Of a stretch of DNA of 61,443 nucleotides, positions 18,589 to 29,200 are shown piece by piece. Every line of letters starts with the position of its first letter. Position 1 is the first letter of the stretch. A model generated the notes under the pieces. That model was not told where the DNA came from. It searched no databases and saw only the letters and a program-made list of their open reading frames with translations. The stretch is from a virus. Lineage: Duplodnaviria > Caudoviricetes. Made by a program: the position numbers and the translations under genes. The DNA lies in IMG/VR virus record IMGVR_UViG_3300042905_004017, positions 1 through 61,443 of that record. The stretch is one strand, 5' to 3'.

Positions 18589-19459
18589 TATAGTCACCAG
18601 AAAGAGAACCGCCACCCCACGAGCCCATGCCTTGTCTGGTATAACTAGGAGTCAGTCCATTCATCTCAAGGATATCGTCCCGGAGATTTTGATTACGCTT
18701 TTCAATATTGAGTACTCGAGTAAAGCTATTAGTGATAGCAGCAGTATAGTAAGCAAAAGGATTTTGACTCTTGCTTTCATCAAATTGTAGTCCTATCTGT
18801 GATAGTTGCAGCAGTGCTTGGCTGCGCATTTCGTCGTTGTAAGTATAACCACGCCAGTTTGATCTTGTAGCATAACGTTCGCACAGTTTCATAAACATGT
18901 GTGCCAGTGTTCTTGTCATAGTACCGTGATCTCTATTAAACTTGCCTTTGATCAAATCACCTTGCCAATGACTTTTGCCCACACAGTAGGGAACGCCGTC
19001 TTCGTCAATTTTATAGTGCTGGAACGGGGGAAAGTTGACCTTGACAAATTTGCTAGGCAACACTGCCGCAGCATCGTCGTATTCGGTTAATGGGTCTGTG
19101 TCATCGTCCTCTACCGGCGCTTTGACTTTTTTTGATTTGGCCGCGTCGGTGGGAATGTGTTCCCAGGTCATCACTCTAAACACTATGTCTGTGGTGGGAA
19201 TTTTGCTTGGTTTGACAGCAAAATCATCCAGCTTTAACTTGACTGTGCTGGTTGATTGCGCTAGATCATAAGCAGCACGAGTCAATCTTTCTGCTCGCAA
19301 CTTGCGTCCCTCGGCTGTGTTTTTCTTGTTGATTTTGTCTACAGATGGCAAAATGATATCATAATAGGCATCTTGTGCGGTTGCAAAGCTGCAATAGGTA
19401 ATCTTGCTTTTGTGTATTTCTTTTAAAATATCTCTGTTGTTTAGGTAATTGTGTTTCAT
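18578..19459 (-). CDS. gp55: Late-transcription sigma factor, T4 gp55-like
   Basis: N-terminal YLNN.D.L, NWRGYTY.DEM and FDESKSQNPFAYYT; lies upstream of gp47/gp46 as in T4-like phages; TAAATA promoters present in the window. Confidence 0.85.
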   Translation of the reverse strand: MKHNYLNNRDILKEIHKSKITYCSFATAQDAYYDIILPSVDKINKKNTAEGRKLRAERLTRAAYDLAQSTSTVKLKLDDFAVKPSKIPTTDIVFRVMTWEHIPTDAAKSKKVKAPVEDDDTDPLTEYDDAAAVLPSKFVKVNFPPFQHYKIDEDGVPYCVGKSHWQGDLIKGKFNRDHGTMTRTLAHMFMKLCERYATRSNWRGYTYNDEMRSQALLQLSQIGLQFDESKSQNPFAYYTAAITNSFTRVLNIEKRNQNLRDDILEMNGLTPSYTRQGMGSWGGGSLSGDYNDD

Positions 19460-19522
19460 CCTGTTCCTTAAAATACTCAGTTAATTTAGCAAATAAATAA
19501 TAAAAAAGCAAGAAGAATTTAT

Positions 19523-20521
19523 ATGCCAAAAGTCACTCAAATCTTAACCAATCTTGGCGGCGCAGCTAGATCGCTCACCAACACAGTAGCTAGCCGAGTA
19601 GCGGGTGCGCCACAAAATTTTATTCCCAGTAATGGAAACTTCACGTCGCAAGCGGGTGGCTTTTTGCCAGCAAACATACGTAGATCATTGGCCGGTTTAC
19701 TGCCAGGTGGGCGTGCTGTACCCAAAGCATTTACCCAAGGTCCCGTGATACAATTTGGGCCTCCTGAGGACAGCGACAATGATTGGCGTGTACGTGTCAG
19801 CATCAACCCCAGCAGTAAAATTTTGTATTGGGATTCCAGTGCAACCGGACTTTTATCCCCTTTGAGAGCCACTGATGGATTCATATTTCCTTATGTACCT
19901 TCGGTAACTGTAACTCACAATGCAAGTTATAGCTCCGTTTCGCCCACACATTCCAATTATCAACAGTTCTTTTATGAATCTAGTTCTGTGTCTTCGATCA
20001 GTATTTCCGGCGATTTCACTGTGCAAAATGTTGACGAAGGTAGATATTTTTTAGCAGCACTATACTTTTTCAGAGCTTGTACAAAAATGTTTTATGGTGC
20101 AACTGGTGAATATCAAGGCAGTCCTCCGCCAATTGTGTACTTAAATGGATATGGGCAACACTATTTACCAAATGTGCCCTGCGTGGTTACCAATTTCAGT
20201 CATACTATGCCACAAGATGTTGATTATCTAGAAGTACGTACACCGCAATCAACCACAACCAAGACAACTAGCACCACGTTGACCGGAGCGTTTGGCTCTA
20301 TCACACTGCCGCAGGTGTCTGGCGCTAACATGACAGACAAAAGCATAAGCACACAAACTACCAACACTGCATTCAATCGTGTGCCCACAATCAGCACATT
20401 TAATCTCACATTACAACCTGTGATCAGTAGATCACAAGCCATTGACTTTGATTACAAAGAGTTCGGCCGCGGTGGTTTGATAGTTGGTAAAAACAATCCG
20501 TACCCAGGAGGTTATCTATAA
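19523..20521 (+). CDS. Baseplate tail-tube initiator/cap (gp48/gp54-like)
   Basis: FPY.P.V...H.A.Y, PPPIV.L.GYG and VPCVV..F motifs of tube-like contractile proteins; first gene of the baseplate operon; TAAATA at 19494. Confidence 0.65.
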   Translation: MPKVTQILTNLGGAARSLTNTVASRVAGAPQNFIPSNGNFTSQAGGFLPANIRRSLAGLLPGGRAVPKAFTQGPVIQFGPPEDSDNDWRVRVSINPSSKILYWDSSATGLLSPLRATDGFIFPYVPSVTVTHNASYSSVSPTHSNYQQFFYESSSVSSISISGDFTVQNVDEGRYFLAALYFFRACTKMFYGATGEYQGSPPPIVYLNGYGQHYLPNVPCVVTNFSHTMPQDVDYLEVRTPQSTTTKTTSTTLTGAFGSITLPQVSGANMTDKSISTQTTNTAFNRVPTISTFNLTLQPVISRSQAIDFDYKEFGRGGLIVGKNNPYPGGYL

Positions 20522-20826
20522 TGGCTGAAGTCAATTACTTGCCATCAAGTCCGTATTATCAAACAAACACATTTGGTAAATTTTTAGATGTTATGACCAA
20601 TCGTCCGGTGTCCAAACTGCCTGACGATGTGTTATACGAAATAGACAGTGTGTACCAATTTAGACCAGACCTGCTAGCCGCTGACCTTTACGGCACCAGC
20701 TCGTTATGGTGGGTGTTTGCACAACGCAATCCCAACACACTGGTTGATCCGTTGCGCGACTTTGTGGCAGGTGCTAGAATTTATATACCCAAGATAGAAA
20801 CACTCAAACAAGATCTAGGGGTATAA
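20521..20826 (+). CDS. Baseplate wedge protein, gp53/LysM-like
   Basis: RPDLLA.DLYG...LWWVFA..N...IYIP pattern. Confidence 0.75.
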   Translation: MAEVNYLPSSPYYQTNTFGKFLDVMTNRPVSKLPDDVLYEIDSVYQFRPDLLAADLYGTSSLWWVFAQRNPNTLVDPLRDFVAGARIYIPKIETLKQDLGV

Positions 20827-20829
20827 GCA

Positions 20830-23253
20830 ATGGCTTCAGAAGCTAATTTCAGTGGTGATGTTGCCAACACCAACAGAAACAATTCAGTGGTGGGTGCTGG
20901 ATCCTCAGGTAACACATCATCGTTCCAGGCCACTACCCCAGCAAAAACACCTTTTAACAAACTGCACGCCTATACCAGTTACACCTATAGAATAACTTTG
21001 TTTTTCTTGACCAGCAAAGATTATAATAATCTGTGTGATAATCCCAGTAAATTTACTCCCAAGTATGCATTAATCAGCAGCGCCGGTGGATATGCCAAGG
21101 CCACTGGAACCAGCGATACAGACACAATAAGACATCCTGATTTTCGCACAGATTTTTTTATTGACAATTTGTCAATAGAAACTGTTGTGGGACTGAATGC
21201 AAAAAACAAGGCATCCAATGCCATAGATATCAGTTTTACAATCACAGAACCTTATGGGCTCAGTTTGCTAGATCGACTGCTAAGTGTGTGCGAAACTTCT
21301 GAAGACAAAAACCCCAACTATGCCACACAACCTTATCTGTTGCAAATTGACCTGTTGGCCAGTCCCACTGACGACATGCTGAGTAGATACAACAGAACAG
21401 ACAATTTGATTGACAGAAAAAGAATTGCAATAAAATTTCTTGAAATGAAAATCAAGCCCAGTGCCAGTGGTAGTACCTACGCATGCAGTGCCATTCCGTT
21501 CAACCACAGCGCATTTGATCAAACCACAGCACCAACTCCTGTGCCCTTTGCAGTAGAGGCCAAAACTGTGGGAGATTTTTTTTCCAACAACGATGATCAA
21601 GCACAACTGTTTACTGGCCAGTTAAAGGCCAATGAAGAGCGATTGGAAGCAGAAATAGAAAAATGGATAAAAAGTAATAGCACCAGGAGAGACGACACCT
21701 ACTACGGATTTAGAACACCTACTGCGGCCGAAATAGCTGAACAAAAGCGAGCCATTGCAAAGTCCATAATTTTTAATACCGGAAGTTATACTGCTGCATA
21801 CAATAGATACATGGAAAATGTGGCAGGTGCCACAGCAAATGAAACAGGCAAAGATAAAAAAAGAATTACACAATTTCCTCCTACCAAAATCAGTTTTGTC
21901 ATGCCTAAAGAAATTGCAGAAAGCAGAATTGTTGATCCGCAAAGAGCTCAAAGTACCAATACCAAGTATAGCGATAGAACCAAAGGTACAAATCAAACTG
22001 CAGATCCAGAATACAAAAACGTGGAAGTTTTTAATATCAAGGCCGGCGAAAGCGTGATAGAAGTAATTGATCAGGTGTTAGGCAAAAGTGATTATGTAAA
22101 AAATCAAATCAATTCACAAAACAAACTGAGAGACGAAGAAGAAGCCAACAAAGAATACACCAGTGGCGGCGAAAGAACCGACAACAAAGCCAGTGCAAAA
22201 AATATCAAATGGTATAAATTGGTACCCACCGTCAAACTAGAAAATTTTGACATAATAAGAAACAACTGGAGCAAAACAGTTACATACAGTATTTTGCCAT
22301 ACAATGCAGCCAACAATTATCATCCCAACTTTCCCAAAACCACAGGCAAAGATGTGGAAAGTCAAGTGGTAAGAGAATACAACTATCTTTACACAGGAAA
22401 AAATCAAGACATAACACGATTAGATATTGATTTTGACACTGCCTATTACACGCAAATCAGTACCTATCGAGAACAGGTGGCCAGAGGCGGCACTAGCAAA
22501 TCCAGTGATCCCAATGACCCTACCAATCCAGAAAATTTGCAACAGCCTCAACTCAAAGCAACAGGAACAATTATTCCGCAGACAACTGAAGTTAACGGAT
22601 ACAATATCAATGCCAGTGGCATGAACACTGCCACCAATCCTGAAGAAAAAATTGTAAGCGATCTCAAAAACAGTATCTATACACGATCACGCGGTGATAA
22701 TCTCAATATAAAATTACAAATATTTGGTGATCCAGATTTTATCAAACAAGACGACATCTATTACAATCCCGCCAGTGCCGAATATGATCAAATTGTGGCC
22801 AATAGATCCAAAACTCCTATCGTAAAAGATGGACCAGTTGCTGGTCAGATTATATTTGACAGCGAAGAAGTCTATGTAAGAGTGAATTTTAAAAATTCTG
22901 TTGACATTGACGACAGCATTGGTATTCAAAACAAACAAGAGACCTTGACCAATGGAAGAAAAACTGATGGTTCATTCAGCGGCATTTACAAAGTGCTAAC
23001 CGTACAAAGCGAATTCAGTAGAGGACAGTTCTCTCAAACACTGGACCTGGTACGAATGCCCGATGAGCTGCCAAAAGCTACACCAGCCAAGAAGCAATCT
23101 GTAAATAATCAGAGTAGTGATTATTCTGGTAGACAGCAAACAAGCACGGCTGTAGAAACTGCACCTTCATCAAACGCTGGAACACTACGACAAAATATTA
23201 ATCAAGCTGGTTCGCAGGTTGGAACATTTGCAGGAACTGGTGGGGGAACATAA
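20830..23253 (+). CDS. Baseplate hub protein (gp27-like)
   Basis: 807 aa; F.I.EPYG, I.GDP and GIYKV..V.S.F..G.F.Q.L motifs; positioned before the spike gene. Confidence 0.6.
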   Translation: MASEANFSGDVANTNRNNSVVGAGSSGNTSSFQATTPAKTPFNKLHAYTSYTYRITLFFLTSKDYNNLCDNPSKFTPKYALISSAGGYAKATGTSDTDTIRHPDFRTDFFIDNLSIETVVGLNAKNKASNAIDISFTITEPYGLSLLDRLLSVCETSEDKNPNYATQPYLLQIDLLASPTDDMLSRYNRTDNLIDRKRIAIKFLEMKIKPSASGSTYACSAIPFNHSAFDQTTAPTPVPFAVEAKTVGDFFSNNDDQAQLFTGQLKANEERLEAEIEKWIKSNSTRRDDTYYGFRTPTAAEIAEQKRAIAKSIIFNTGSYTAAYNRYMENVAGATANETGKDKKRITQFPPTKISFVMPKEIAESRIVDPQRAQSTNTKYSDRTKGTNQTADPEYKNVEVFNIKAGESVIEVIDQVLGKSDYVKNQINSQNKLRDEEEANKEYTSGGERTDNKASAKNIKWYKLVPTVKLENFDIIRNNWSKTVTYSILPYNAANNYHPNFPKTTGKDVESQVVREYNYLYTGKNQDITRLDIDFDTAYYTQISTYREQVARGGTSKSSDPNDPTNPENLQQPQLKATGTIIPQTTEVNGYNINASGMNTATNPEEKIVSDLKNSIYTRSRGDNLNIKLQIFGDPDFIKQDDIYYNPASAEYDQIVANRSKTPIVKDGPVAGQIIFDSEEVYVRVNFKNSVDIDDSIGIQNKQETLTNGRKTDGSFSGIYKVLTVQSEFSRGQFSQTLDLVRMPDELPKATPAKKQSVNNQSSDYSGRQQTSTAVETAPSSNAGTLRQNINQAGSQVGTFAGTGGGT

Positions 23254-24740
23254 TGCCAACAAATAAACCACTTGGAATAAAAACTCCAGACTGGGCCGGC
23301 GGAGGCCTACAAAATGCCGCTTCTGGCAAGCTGGATCCTGGACCATTTTTAGCCATTATAAAGAACAATGCAGACCCTGCAAGATTGGGTCGCCTGGCTG
23401 TGTTTGTGCCCGATATCGGCGGCGACGAAGATGACTCCAGCAAGTGGTACATTGTGAGATATGCCAGTCCGTTCATGGGCAGTACACTAGGATTTCCTGG
23501 ATCGGCCGACAACGCCAATTTTGCTTTTGCTCAACAAACCTACGGCTTCTGGGCAGTGCCTCCGGATGTGGGCAACTTTGTGTTGATCACGTTTGTGATG
23601 GGCGATCCCTCACGAGGCTATTGGTTTGCCTGTGTACCCAACATGCAGACAGCACACATGGTACCTGGCCTGGCAAGACCGTTTGGAAATACCATAGCAG
23701 GAAAAATAAATGAGGACCCTGAGTTTGGCAAAGGCAGAGTTTCCAGTACCAGTTATTTGCCCACTGCTGAACTGGTGTCTGAAACCAGTAGTGTAGACAA
23801 CAATCCAGAATTTTACAACTTGCCCAAGGTGGTACACGTCTGGCAGGCCAACATTGTGATAGAACAGGGACTAGATAAAGATCCGGTTAGAGGCACCATT
23901 ACCAGCAGCAGTCAAAGAGAAACTCCCAGTCAAGTGATAGGATTAAGCAGTCCTGGTCGTACCAGTCCGGATACTACAGACTTCCCTAATCTTGAGGAAC
24001 TGCTTAAAAATCAAAATCTCAATATATCCACTGTACAAACTTTTCCCAACAGAAAAGGTGGACATTCCTTGGTCATGGACGACGGTGACATCTACGGTCA
24101 AAACAGACTGATGCGATTGAGAAGCAGTTCAGGGCATCAAATACTCATGCACGACACCGAAGACTTGATCTATATCAGCAACAGTCGAGGCACTGCCTGG
24201 GTAGAGTTGACACCTGACGGCAGTGTAAATGTGTTCAGTAATAGCAATGTCAGCATTAGAGCACAACAGGATTTGAATTTACACGCAGACAACAACATAA
24301 ACATTACCAGTGGCAACACCTTGAAAATTAGCTCGGCCAAATATTTTTTAAACGAAACACAACACTATCAACTGACTGCTACAAAAAATTATGCTCTCAA
24401 TGCAGGCAATGTGGGAATAAAGAGTGGAACTACACTGTTGATGCAAGCAGTGACCGGTGGTTGGAAAACCAGTGCAGATATAGTGTTAAAAGGTAGAAAA
24501 ATATTTTTAAACACCAGTACCCCCGCTTCACCGTTGACCAATAGGCCGTTGGAGTTTTATCAACAGGCCAATGTAGAATACGACAACAACACAAAACTCT
24601 GGAAAACATCCAGCACATTGTTCGAAAGCCTATCACCGTTTGCACCCACTCACGAACCATGGACCAGACAAACTGGCAAACTCAAAAAGAACACAGGCAA
24701 AATTGTTCCGCCTAAAGCACAAACACCAGGAAAAACATAA
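23253..24740 (+). CDS. Baseplate central spike, gp5/VgrG-like
   Basis: N-terminal OB-fold DP.RLGRL.V..P and W..PPD.G; beta-helix repeats GHSLVMDD and SGHQILMHD; no internal lysozyme domain seen. Confidence 0.8.
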   Translation: MPTNKPLGIKTPDWAGGGLQNAASGKLDPGPFLAIIKNNADPARLGRLAVFVPDIGGDEDDSSKWYIVRYASPFMGSTLGFPGSADNANFAFAQQTYGFWAVPPDVGNFVLITFVMGDPSRGYWFACVPNMQTAHMVPGLARPFGNTIAGKINEDPEFGKGRVSSTSYLPTAELVSETSSVDNNPEFYNLPKVVHVWQANIVIEQGLDKDPVRGTITSSSQRETPSQVIGLSSPGRTSPDTTDFPNLEELLKNQNLNISTVQTFPNRKGGHSLVMDDGDIYGQNRLMRLRSSSGHQILMHDTEDLIYISNSRGTAWVELTPDGSVNVFSNSNVSIRAQQDLNLHADNNINITSGNTLKISSAKYFLNETQHYQLTATKNYALNAGNVGIKSGTTLLMQAVTGGWKTSADIVLKGRKIFLNTSTPASPLTNRPLEFYQQANVEYDNNTKLWKTSSTLFESLSPFAPTHEPWTRQTGKLKKNTGKIVPPKAQTPGKT

Positions 24741-25849
24741 TGTCCAACGCCGGTATAACAAGTGCAAACAATTTTACAGTCACAAGTCCTGCCAACAGAG
24801 AAGTGCTAGGAAATATTGGTTCGCCACGCGGTGTTGGGCTAGACAAAATCAGACCCAACATTGAAACCCTTACAAAATTTGAAACAAAATGTATTCAAGT
24901 GCAATTAAGCAGCTTAGAAAGCAACATCAATGCCAACCTGGTCAATCTTGGCGTACCGCAACTGGGACCTTTTGTGGCCAACATCAATGCCAACACTGTG
25001 GTTTCGCATGCAAACACATATTTTAGCAATGTGGCCACGCTGATTATTACCAACAGTGATCACAGTGACATAAGATTGGGCATGGTAGCCAACATACGCA
25101 GCCCCAGTGTTGGTGCATTTGGCAGCAACACCATGGTAATCAAAAAGTCCCAAGGCGGCAATATCGGCTCGGGCAACTTTGTGCCGGGATTTACGTACAG
25201 GATTACCAGTATAGGAACCACAGATTTTACATTGTTTGGACTAGAAGGCAATGTGGCCAATGTGGTAATTGGCAACATATTTGTAGCCAATGCAGCCGGA
25301 AACGGCACAGGCACAGCATTTTTGACCAACAATCAAATCATGCTGGGCAGCAATCACACCGTCAGCGGCGATGTTACATTTGCAATATCACCATTGAAGC
25401 TGGGCAAGTACCAAAATTCCGAGTGGCTGTTGACCAGATACGGATACAAAAATCCTGACGGCACCTGGACTGCTCGGGATGGGGTAGACACCAATGAAGT
25501 GTTTGTGGCGGCCACAGAAGTGCAAGACGCCATAATGAATGATTTCATACAAGAACAGTACAGCGAGTTGATCAAGGCCGGCGCCATTAGAGATGGTGAC
25601 AGCAAAGAAGTCATAGCCGGCATGCTGGCACTGGCCTATCAATATCAAGATTTAGGGTATCCACCTTTGAATCAAAATCCACGCAACTCTGATGGCACTA
25701 TCAATTTGGTCAATTATTCTATAGCCACAAAAGCCAATGTGTGGCGTAACACCGGGCAAACCGTTGACAGTCAAGGACGCCCCGGTCACATTTACTTCAA
25801 CGGTGGTCGTTACGCGATTCGCACATTAGGTGCAGATACACCAGAATAA
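24740..25849 (+). CDS. Baseplate-associated protein, possibly a lysozyme-like domain interrupted by an insertion
   Basis: LES...(insertion)...LGKYQ...W...G...F....Q..IM pattern resembles lysozyme-superfamily tail proteins; lies between spike and gp25. Confidence 0.45.
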   Translation: MSNAGITSANNFTVTSPANREVLGNIGSPRGVGLDKIRPNIETLTKFETKCIQVQLSSLESNINANLVNLGVPQLGPFVANINANTVVSHANTYFSNVATLIITNSDHSDIRLGMVANIRSPSVGAFGSNTMVIKKSQGGNIGSGNFVPGFTYRITSIGTTDFTLFGLEGNVANVVIGNIFVANAAGNGTGTAFLTNNQIMLGSNHTVSGDVTFAISPLKLGKYQNSEWLLTRYGYKNPDGTWTARDGVDTNEVFVAATEVQDAIMNDFIQEQYSELIKAGAIRDGDSKEVIAGMLALAYQYQDLGYPPLNQNPRNSDGTINLVNYSIATKANVWRNTGQTVDSQGRPGHIYFNGGRYAIRTLGADTPE

Positions 25850-25857
25850 ATACAAAC

Positions 25858-26238
25858 ATGGCTATAACTAGATACCGCGGCTTCAGCACTATAGATCAGT
25901 TTAAAAAATTTAGATTGACCGATCTTGAGTTGATCAAACGCGACCTACTGAATCACTTTGCTATAAGAAAAGGCGAAAAACTCATGAATCCAGAGTTTGG
26001 CAGTATCATCTGGAACATTTTGTTTGAGCCGTTGAGTGCAGATGTCAAAGCGTTGGTTGTTGAAGATATACAACGAGTGGTCAGTTATGATCCTAGGGTG
26101 CGAGTGGATGACGTTTTGATTGACCAGTTTGAATACGGTCTACAGGTACAAATTGAAATGACATTTTTGCCTGACGATCTAAGCGATGTACTGATACTGC
26201 AATTCAATAAAGAGTTGAACACTGTAGTAGCTGCTTAA
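25858..26238 (+). CDS. gp25: Baseplate wedge subunit, gp25-like
   Basis: DL.LIK.DLLNHF..RKGEK.M.PEFG..I...LFEP and DPRV; TAAATA at 25847. Confidence 0.9.
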   Translation: MAITRYRGFSTIDQFKKFRLTDLELIKRDLLNHFAIRKGEKLMNPEFGSIIWNILFEPLSADVKALVVEDIQRVVSYDPRVRVDDVLIDQFEYGLQVQIEMTFLPDDLSDVLILQFNKELNTVVAA

Positions 26239-26285
26239 AAGTACCACTTTATTATTTCCATAAATACAAAACACGGGTATTGAGT

Positions 26286-29200
26286 ATGGCTATTACAACA
26301 AGACAAACAAGTTTACTGGTCCAACAAGATTGGACAAAGATATATCAAACTTTCAGAGAAGCTGATTTCCAAAGTTTTGACTACGAAACTTTGCGTAAAT
26401 CCATGATCGAGTACTTGCGTACTTACTATCCTGAAGATTTCAACGATTTTACCGACAGTTCAGAATACATCGCGCTGATTGACCTAATAGCTTTTTTAGG
26501 GCAAAGCTTGGCATTCAGAGCCGATCTAAATGCTAGAGAAAACTTTTTAGATACCGCGGAACGTAGAGACAGCATACTTAAACTGGCAAGATTGATCAGT
26601 TACAATCCCAAAAGAAGCACGCCTGCTTCGGGATTTTTAAAATTTGACAGTGTGAGCACCACAGAAACACTGTTTGACAGCACCGGTATCAATCTAAGCA
26701 ATGTTATTATCAGCTGGAACGATAGCACAAATGAAAATTGGCTAGAACAGTTTACAGCAATAATCAACGCAGCCCTGGTATCCAATCAAGCAGTTGGCAA
26801 GCCAGGTGCCACAAAAAATCTAAACGGTATCAGGACAGATGAATACGCGGTGGACATAATTGGTGGAATCACACCCACATACCCATTCAGCACCAGCATT
26901 GCCGGTGTAACATATCCATTTGAGGCAGTCAGCGCAACGTCATTGGATCAAGAATACATTTACGAAGCAGCTCCCAGCACATCGGCTGCATTTAATATAC
27001 TTTACAGAAACGACAATCAAGGCAACTCCAGCAACAACACTGGGTATTTTTTCTACTTCAAACAAGGCACCTTGAATTCATTGGATTTTAACATCACGGA
27101 AAGTTTGAACAATAGAATAGTGAATGTTAATTTTGACAACATCAACAACACCGACGTATGGTTGTACAGTTTGACCAGCAGTGACAACTTGGACACACTG
27201 TGGACTCAGGTGCCTGCAGTAAACGGCATCAACGTGATTTATAACAATACCGACGAAAGAAACTTGTACAGTGTTGCCTCTAGAGCCAACGACCAAATTG
27301 ACTTGGTTTTTGGTGACGGTTCTTTTACCAATATACCTGTGGGCAATTTCAGAGTGTTTTACCGAACAGGCAACAATCTCACCTACAAGATCACGCCAGA
27401 CGAAATGTCAGGTATCACTATTGTGCTGCCTTATAGAGGTCGAACAGGTCGCGCAGAAACACTCACAGTGAGAGCCAGCCTACAGTACACAGTGACAAAT
27501 GCAATATCAAGAGAAAGTCTTGATGAAATCAGAACAAAAGCACCACAACAGTACTATACACAAAATCGTATGGTCACTGGCGAAGATTACAATGTGTTGC
27601 CTTACACTTCGTTCAACAATATTTTAAAGTTAAAGGCAGTAAATCGCACCAGTTCAGGAGTCAGTAGATACCTTGATGTGATTGATGCCACTGGAAAATA
27701 CAGCAGCACAAACATATTTGCCGAAGACGGTATCATATACAAAGAAAACTATGACGAAACTGAAGTGTTCCAGTTTACCAGCAGCACCGAAGTCAATGCC
27801 ATTGTTAGAAACACTTTAAAACCTTTAATATCAAGTATCACAACCAGACACCTGTATTATGACACTGCCACACGCTACAGTCCCTTGGGATCGCCTATTG
27901 TGGCCACCAGCATGGCGGCAGGCACCACTTACAAAATCATAAGCTTGGGCACAACAACATTTACCAGCTTTGGTGCATCTGAAAACACTGTGGGCACAAT
28001 ATTCACAGCTACCGCAGTGGGTACCGGTACTGGCACAGTGGCCACAGTGGGAGTATGGACTCAGTCTGGATCCAGTTCGGGTCGCAGCACCGGCACTTTT
28101 ACCAGTCCCAACTACACATTTCTAGTACAAGGCAGTTTAGTAAAATTCATTGCACCAGCTGGAAAATATTTTGATGCACAAAATCAGCTACAGACAGGTA
28201 CGCCAGAAACAGAATATCAACGTACCAGTCTATGGGCCAGCATAATAAACTATGACAGCCCCGGCCTCACATCAGTGGCTACATTAAGTGTGATTGTACC
28301 CACTGGAGCCATTGTTAGCGAAATCATTCCAGTATTTGCCAACGATTGGTCAGAATCGTTAATCAACAGTATTATCTTGCAAATCCTAAGCTTCAAGACC
28401 TTTGGACTAAGATACGACATACCCACCATGAGCTGGAAGATTATTGAAAGTCAAAATCTTGGCAGTGGTAATTTTAGTTTGGCCAATGCAGGCAGCACTG
28501 CTGGCACAGGTGCAGACAACAGTTGGTTTGTTAGCCTGTCTTTTGCCAATGGTGAATACAGTGCAGTCAGCCGCGGTATAGATTATTATTTCCAAAGTGA
28601 AAGAGAAACAAGATTTTACTTTGACCCTGATGTAAGAGTGTATGACAGTAGAACAGCAACTACCTTGGTTGATTTTATCAAGGTACTAAGAATCAACACA
28701 GAACCAGATTCAAGCAATGCGTTGTTTTATAGTCAATCTTATAGAATTTGGGACCGTGCCATTGGTGCTGACGGAATAGACGACAACAGAAAAATCAAAA
28801 TAACTTTTCCCGATGACAACTTGGACGAAGTGCCCGATGATCCAGACTTGTTTTTAGAATTGGTTGATCCTGCTGTCAATCCCGAAAACAAAAATGTTTA
28901 TTTTGTCGAGTCAATTGATCAGTATAATTTTTTACGCTACGATCCAGTTGACCCAACTACAATTGTAAGTGCATACCAGACCAAATCTAGTATATTAGAC
29001 AATATCACGTTGTATGCGGACGGCACTATTTTTTACGCTGTGCTTGGCGATGCATCGGTGCCAGCCGAAAACGGACCCACATTTTATCAGTCTGAAGGAG
29101 TAAAATTAAACGTACTAACCAACTATATTGCAAGAGTGGGTAGACAAAGTTTGAAATTCCAATACAAACACAATGCTCCTAACAACAGAAGAATTGATCC

